This document shows positions 58,552-64,000 of a DNA stretch of 64,000 bases, piece after piece. The notes under the pieces were generated by a model that worked only from the letters and a program-made list of their open reading frames with translations, was not told the origin of the DNA and searched no databases. Positions within the stretch are counted from its first letter, which is position 1. Every line of letters starts with the position of its first letter. This DNA comes from Squalus acanthias (Eukaryota): assembly GCA_030390025.1 (NCBI GenBank), contig CM059438.1, forward strand, positions 64,544,001 to 64,608,000, in the 5' to 3' direction. A program made the translations under genes and the position numbers.

Positions 58552-60408
58552 ATGCCGCCACACAGACAGAGGGCTGCACCCAGGTTCTCCGATGACTCCT
58601 TCCATATGCTTGTGGAGGGAGTCAGAGCACGCAGGGAGGTCCACTTCCCTGCTGATGGGCGGAAGAGACCTCCTCAGGAGACAAAAGGAGCATGGCTCCA
58701 AATTGCTGAGGAGGTCAACAGCAGGGATGTGTTCAGAAGGACCTGGGTGCAGTGCCGGAATCGCTTCCATGATCTCATGAGATCAGGAAAGGTGAGTGCA
58801 AAGCCACACTCAACTTCATCCTGCTGTGCTTGTCACCAAAGCCCCATCACTCTGCCTTCCCAACCCAATTCCTGCACATCATTACTCACACCAACATACC
58901 TTGCATGTCCACCCATCCCTCTCTCTCTATCTACATACACACATCCCCATCTGACTAACCACCCCTCACACTCACCCTCATCCTAATGCAATCATACCAA
59001 TTAACAACACACAAGGAGGCCACTTAGCATTGGCACCACACTCCCTCATAGTCACCTTCTAAAGATGTCACCCACACATTCCTTACACTCATGCCATCAC
59101 TCTCACTCAAACTTCTCTTCTTTCCCTCCTTGCAGGAGAAGAGAGCCCAGAACAACAGGGAGAGGGAGAGAACCGGAGGTGGCCCTCCATCATTCGCCTC
59201 TTTGACTCCAGCAGAGGACGTCGCCCTGGAGGTTTCAGTAGTTGCGGAGCAGCTGGTGGTGGGAGACGGAGAGAGGGGGAACTCTCAGCAACCTGGTGAC
59301 AGAATTACATCTCATACAGCCACATAGCATAGAGCAGTCACTCATATGGGGACTGACGTCAGCAGCCAGTGAATGTTCATCATGTGCATAATGGTATCAT
59401 TACCCATTCTTAATATAACATTTCTAAATCATCTCTTTACTCTCCCACAGGTCCATCAAGAGCACCCCCACTGTCCAGCAGGAGGAGGAAGACGACTCCT
59501 CAGAGGACTCTCCAGCCTCTGAGGGTGCAGCATCAGCAGACCTAAGCGCACCCATCACCAGCGCAGATACACACACCTCGGTGGGTCCTGTGCGAGATAG
59601 AGTAGTGTTGTCACCTGGTGTCTCACAAGTCACAAGTGAGCAAGAGGAGATGGTGGAGACAGGGACAGCAGTGGAGACTCCTCGCTGGAGGGCGCAGAAC
59701 CCTCCCAGCTCTGCTCAGCTGCATGCAGATGCTCAGCCTCGGAGGCCGTCGAGAAAGAGGGCGATCGTGGAGAGGCAGGAAGAAGTGCAGGAGGCTCTGA
59801 CAGGTTTTGCGGCCGTGATGTCTGCAAATGTGCAGAGAATGGAGGAGTCCATGTCCAACATGAGCACCACCGTGTCGCAAGCGATGGCGACTGTAGGCTC
59901 TTCCATTGATAGGATGGCCACTTGCATGGAGCAGCTAATGCGCCACTCACATGAACACATGCTCTCTATGGAGAACAGATGGCAGAGGCTTATTCTTTCT
60001 AGGAGGGATGTCAATGTAGACTTGGGTGCTCATGGCCCCACTCCTGTGCAGTAAGGTGCTCTCCAGCTCCTTGCTAGCAGGGAAGTGCGGGTTGCCCATG
60101 AGAAGGATGATGGTGAGAGGGGCCATGGAAGTGGGGGCTCCTCTCAAAGCACTCATATTTCTCCCCCGTTGCCTCCCTCTCAGTCAGAGCCCCAGATGCC
60201 TCCTCGGATCCCGATGACCGAGTCTGCCCCTGCACAATCGCAGGAGGAGCAGTCTTCGGCGGGGCCCTCACAGATTCCAAATTCCAGAGGACGTCTGCCA
60301 AAAGCGTCTTCGCAGTCGCAGCAGGGAAGTGAGCAGGCTGCCTCTACCTCTGCTGAAGCCACAGGGGTGGCACCTCATAGAAGCACGGGTAAACGAAAAA
60401 TGAAGTAG
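58552..60408 (+). pseudogene. Harbinger Myb/SANT-like gene, 3 exons (58552-58791, 59136-59295, 59451-60408)
   Basis: MPPHRQRAAPRFSDDSFHMLVEGV...AWLQIAEEV...TWVQCRNRFHDL|GTGAGT. Frameshift near 59465 and an in-frame stop at 60052-60054; C-terminal HRSTGKRKMK. Confidence 0.88.
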
Positions 60409-60710
60409 ATGCACAAGGGTAAGCACATGGGTGTTTAAAGAAGTCTTTTTGTTAAGGTTCCGTTTCTCTTATGTCAGATATAAAACTATTTATTTTCACC
60501 ACTTTCCGGTCATGCCCATTTTTGTCTGCTACTTTGGAAGTGGCTTAGTGAGTTGGAGTGAATGGTGAGACAAAACGTTACCTCCAGCAATGGGAGTCAG
60601 TATGAACGGAATGGCTTGGTCTTTGTAAGGATGCTTTATGGTGTTGTTGGGGGGCGGGTGGGGAGAACCTGGTGCAGCATGTGACAGCCATATGGATGTA
60701 CTACGTAATG

Positions 60711-61686
60711 TTAAGTAAATCTGGCCATGATGAGGCCAGCCCTGGCCTCCCGGGCAGCAATGTGCTCTGGTGCTGCTGGCATCTGGACCTCTGGTTCCTT
60801 CTGCTCCTCCTCTTCCTCATCTTCTAGCTGATGCTCTTCCTCCTCCTCCTCTGAAGAGGCTGTGCACTCAGAGCCTTGCTCCTCAAGCAGCGCTAATCCT
60901 CACTGCTGCGCTATGTTGTGCAGGGTGCAGCAGTCGACCACGATTCTGGAGACCCTGGCTGGTGCGTACTGAAGGGCTCCTCCAGATCTGTCAAGGCATC
61001 TGAAGCGCATTCTCAGCATGCCTATTGTCTGCTCTATGACACATCTGGTGGAAATGTGGTTTTCATTATATCTCTCCTCGGCGTCAGTACTTGGCCTCCT
61101 CAAGGGTGTCATGAGCCACGTCTTCAATGGATAGCCCTTGTGTCCAAGCAGCCAGCTGGTAAGTGTGTTTGGCGGTGCGAAGAGCTGAGCGAGGGTGGAT
61201 TGGCGCAGGACAAAAGAGTCATGACAGCTGCCTGGGAATTTGGCGCACACATGCATGGTGATTTTCCTATGGGTGCAGACATTGAGGGAGTGGAAGCCCT
61301 TGCAGTTGACAAAGACTCCTGGGTGTTGATGGGGTGCCCTGATGGCCACATGTTTGCAGTCGATAATGCCCTGTACCCATGGGAAGTCAGCCAGTGCATC
61401 AAAGCTGTGGCTCCAGCAAGCTGCACATGTCTGCGATGACTTGGCGTGATAGCCTGAACATCCTTTGGCACTGCTGCTCAGTCATGTTGAGGAAGCTCAT
61501 CCTCTGCCTGTATACCCTGTGTTGGGGGTATCGCCTCTGGCATGGTGCAGCCCTGCGCTGATGCCCTCTGTCCTGTGGAGCATCAGGTCATTGAGGAGAA
61601 GGTTGTTGGTGCTGTTGCTGCTGGTGGTGGGGCTAATCCTGGTCTGGTTGAGAGGACCAAGGTGAGACAGTATAAACGGAACCCAT
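60711..61686 (-). pseudogene. HARBI1-like Harbinger DDE transposase with an internal deletion near 61403
   Basis: RVYRQRMSFLNM...FRLSR | [15 protein letters not shown]...KGFHSLNV...FPGSCHDS...LLGHKGYP (catalytic D to H)...[17 protein letters not shown]...CCTLHN. Confidence 0.92.
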
Positions 61687-62204
61687 GCTGATGATGGCAG
61701 GTCAAGTAGAGATCAGAGAAGCAATCTGTCAATGGTGTGATAGTTAGTAGCAACGTGGTGAGAGTGGCTTCTGAATTTGCAGAAAAGACTTGCAAACTCT
61801 AGACACCTAAATCTGTGCTCAAAATGCACACAGGAAGAGCCGTTCCCTTAGGCAAGTAAGCAGACAGCATTTATTTGGATTTCCACGCTCTGCATTAATG
61901 TTCTCGATCAATGGCCACTGAGCTTCCCCCTCAGCTTGACAGACGAGGTTCCCGAGCTGCGTGATTCCCGTGGTCATGCAGTTAAATTGAAAAGGTCTGG
62001 TTAAAAACACTGTTAAGGGTCTGACAACAAGGTATTAATGAGCTAAATTAGGTCTCCCGCCTCTGGCGTTCGGGTCCTTGCTGCGCTGGCAAACGCGCCA
62101 CAGTTAAAGGCGTGAGGAGGCGGACTGATGGCGGGGTCCTGACGCGCTCCCATTTATTGTGAATTTTACTCCCGACCCGCCTCCAATCCTGCACGCACAG
62201 CAGC

Positions 62205-62755
62205 AGTCGCGCCCCCTGATTTACCGCCAGACGCTATGTCCGACGGGTTCAGGGAGGCGTACGTGCGGCCGGGGCGGCGATATTTAAAGGGGAGGTGGCA
62301 GGCGGCCATTTTTGTTGCTGGCCGCCTGCCAGCACCTGCCCCCGTTGCTGTCCCGGCCCCCGTGAAGCCCCCCCACCGTGAAGTGCCGGCTGCGCTCCAA
62401 GAGCCCGGCACTTCTCTTGAGTGCCGGGCTCTTTTGCCGGCACTCCCGATCCCTGGGGGCCCAGCTGGGCCCCGGTTCGCGCTGCGCAGGGTCCCTCCCC
62501 TTTAAGAAGGGGAGGAAGGCCTGCAATACCGCGGCGCGACGTGCCGCAGCGCGTGGCGCTGCGGCACGTAGCGCCAGGATATTCACTCGCAGCGCCCCAA
62601 GAGGGATGCGGGGTGCTTCCAGTGGCGCCCCGCTTCCCTCTTGGGGCGCAACCACTGAAGTTCTGGCGCGGGGCCGCTAATTTTTTCGGGGCGCTAAAAG
62701 TCGCGCCCCGGCGAGGTTAGCGCCCCAAATGGGGCGCGACTGAATTTTTACCCCC
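62205..62755. mobile_element. Harbinger-type MITE family M4, one end missing
   Basis: Reverse-complement homologue of 34742-35190; ends GACTGAATTTTTACCCCC. Confidence 0.8.
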
Positions 62756-63434
62756 AAGATTCTTTTTCTAACTATAGTGTCGCCAAGCTTGCTGAAATCA
62801 ACCTGTTCACAGGAGCTTGTAAATGACTTTTCCCGTCGCATTCAAGTGGAATCTTTCAAAGTAGCAACCTAAAACCTTTCAGAGTAGTACAGCACACTCA
62901 AACATACCAGGTGCAGATTCAAACTCCGATGGTTCTGATTGATAGAGTACCAAGGGCAGCCTGAACAAGTAAGGAACTGTCAACGACCGTAAGATTGGAC
63001 TGTGATTGAAATGAAAATTGATTCACAGGGAGGGCAGGGTTATAAGGGGAAGGATATGTGAGTATTTAAATTGTACTGATATATTTAGAATCTTAAACAG
63101 TGACAGCCTCAGATGTAAATTGACTGTAAATAATTAATTTCAAATACTTTTATGAGGTTTAGTGCTGGTGACGATTAATTTCCGTGGCACAAATAGCTAG
63201 TTGTATAATTTAATGTATGAAAGTACTTATTTTCGCAGTAAAATTGGAAGTGGTGGCGGAATCCTTGAGAGAGTGTCAACTTGATTTGAGAGAGCTGCCT
63301 AATCGCAAAAACAAGGAAATGCAAAAACAAGATTAATTAACTCTTTGTGCACTGCTTTCGAAGCGCTTGAAGGACTTATTTTGGTTCCCTCGGGAGAACA
63401 GCCACTTGATCCTGATCATGATTTAATCTAAGAA

Positions 63435-63866
63435 GAAAAGAAAGAAAGACTTGCATTTCTATAGCGCCTTTCACCACCTCAGGATGTCCCAAAGCGCTTT
63501 ACAGCCAATGAAGTACTTTTTGAAGTGCAGTCGCTGTTGTAATGTAGGAAATGCGGCAGCCAATTTGTGCACAGCAAGCTCCCATAAACAGCAATGAAAT
63601 AAGTGTTGGTTGAGGGATAAATGTTGGCCAGGACACTGGGAAAACTCTTCTATTCTCTTGTTCGAAATAGTGCCATGGGATCTTTAATCAGGATCCTGAG
63701 CAGGCAGATGGGGGCCTCAGTTTAATGTCACATCCGAAATGCAGCACCTCCGACATTGCAGCACTCCCTCAACACTGCACAGAAGTGCCAGCCTAGATGC
63801 TGTGCTCAAGTCTTTGGAGTGGGGTTTGACTCCACAACCTTCTGACTCAGAGGCGAGAGTGCTGCC
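63435..63866 (-). mobile_element. DeuSINE (SacSINE1-like)
   Basis: Homology to 44706-45168. Confidence 0.85.
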
Positions 63867-64000
63867 ATATTAAGGAAGGTGACCATTATAATCGTGGAAA
63901 ATCACCCTTATGGTTGACGCTTACAGCCAATTTCAGCCCATGTTGAATATACCTTGCTACAAAGGGGAATGTTTTGCTGTGTGCGCATCTCTTTATGTTG

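Larger units (their letters stand above)
58269..62204. mobile_element. PIF/Harbinger DNA transposon (copy B), near full length, decayed; right TIR lost at the junction with an M4 MITE
   Basis: Left end GCCGGAATTTTCATTACC; Myb/SANT gene (+) convergent with a HARBI1-like transposase (-). Confidence 0.9.

Noticed and set aside
58552..61686. Domesticated host genes (HARBI1, NAIF1, MSANTD)
   Set aside because: They lie within a transposon, contain stops, frameshifts, a deletion and a mutated catalytic Asp, and a related copy exists in the window.
1..64000. CRISPR arrays, operons or rRNA genes
   Set aside because: No regularly spaced direct repeats with spacers and no rRNA-like sequence; the content is vertebrate repeat DNA.

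Overview
Eukaryotic, repeat-dominated DNA, most likely from a cartilaginous fish (shark). This is inferred from a V-SINE/HE1 copy, many SacSINE1-like DeuSINEs, CR1 LINEs and shark-type Penelope ends. No intact host protein-coding gene could be supported; the window looks like a large intron or gene desert with a few CNE-like unique islands. Main content: (1) two diverged PIF/Harbinger transposons, each with a three-exon Myb/SANT-like gene convergent with a HARBI1-type transposase, both decayed, plus about ten Harbinger-type MITEs; (2) a Mag-like Gypsy element with both short LTRs, a tRNA-Ser PBS and a CTCAA TSD, carrying a nested MITE and a nested 1.67-kb solo LTR; (3) a second copy of that unusually long solo LTR, again with a 4-bp TSD; (4) Penelope-like insertions carrying minimal type I hammerhead ribozyme motifs; (5) many CR1, L2 and other LINE and SINE fragments, often nested. 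Ends without a TSD or TIR are approximate. Family names come from recalled motifs, not from database searches.
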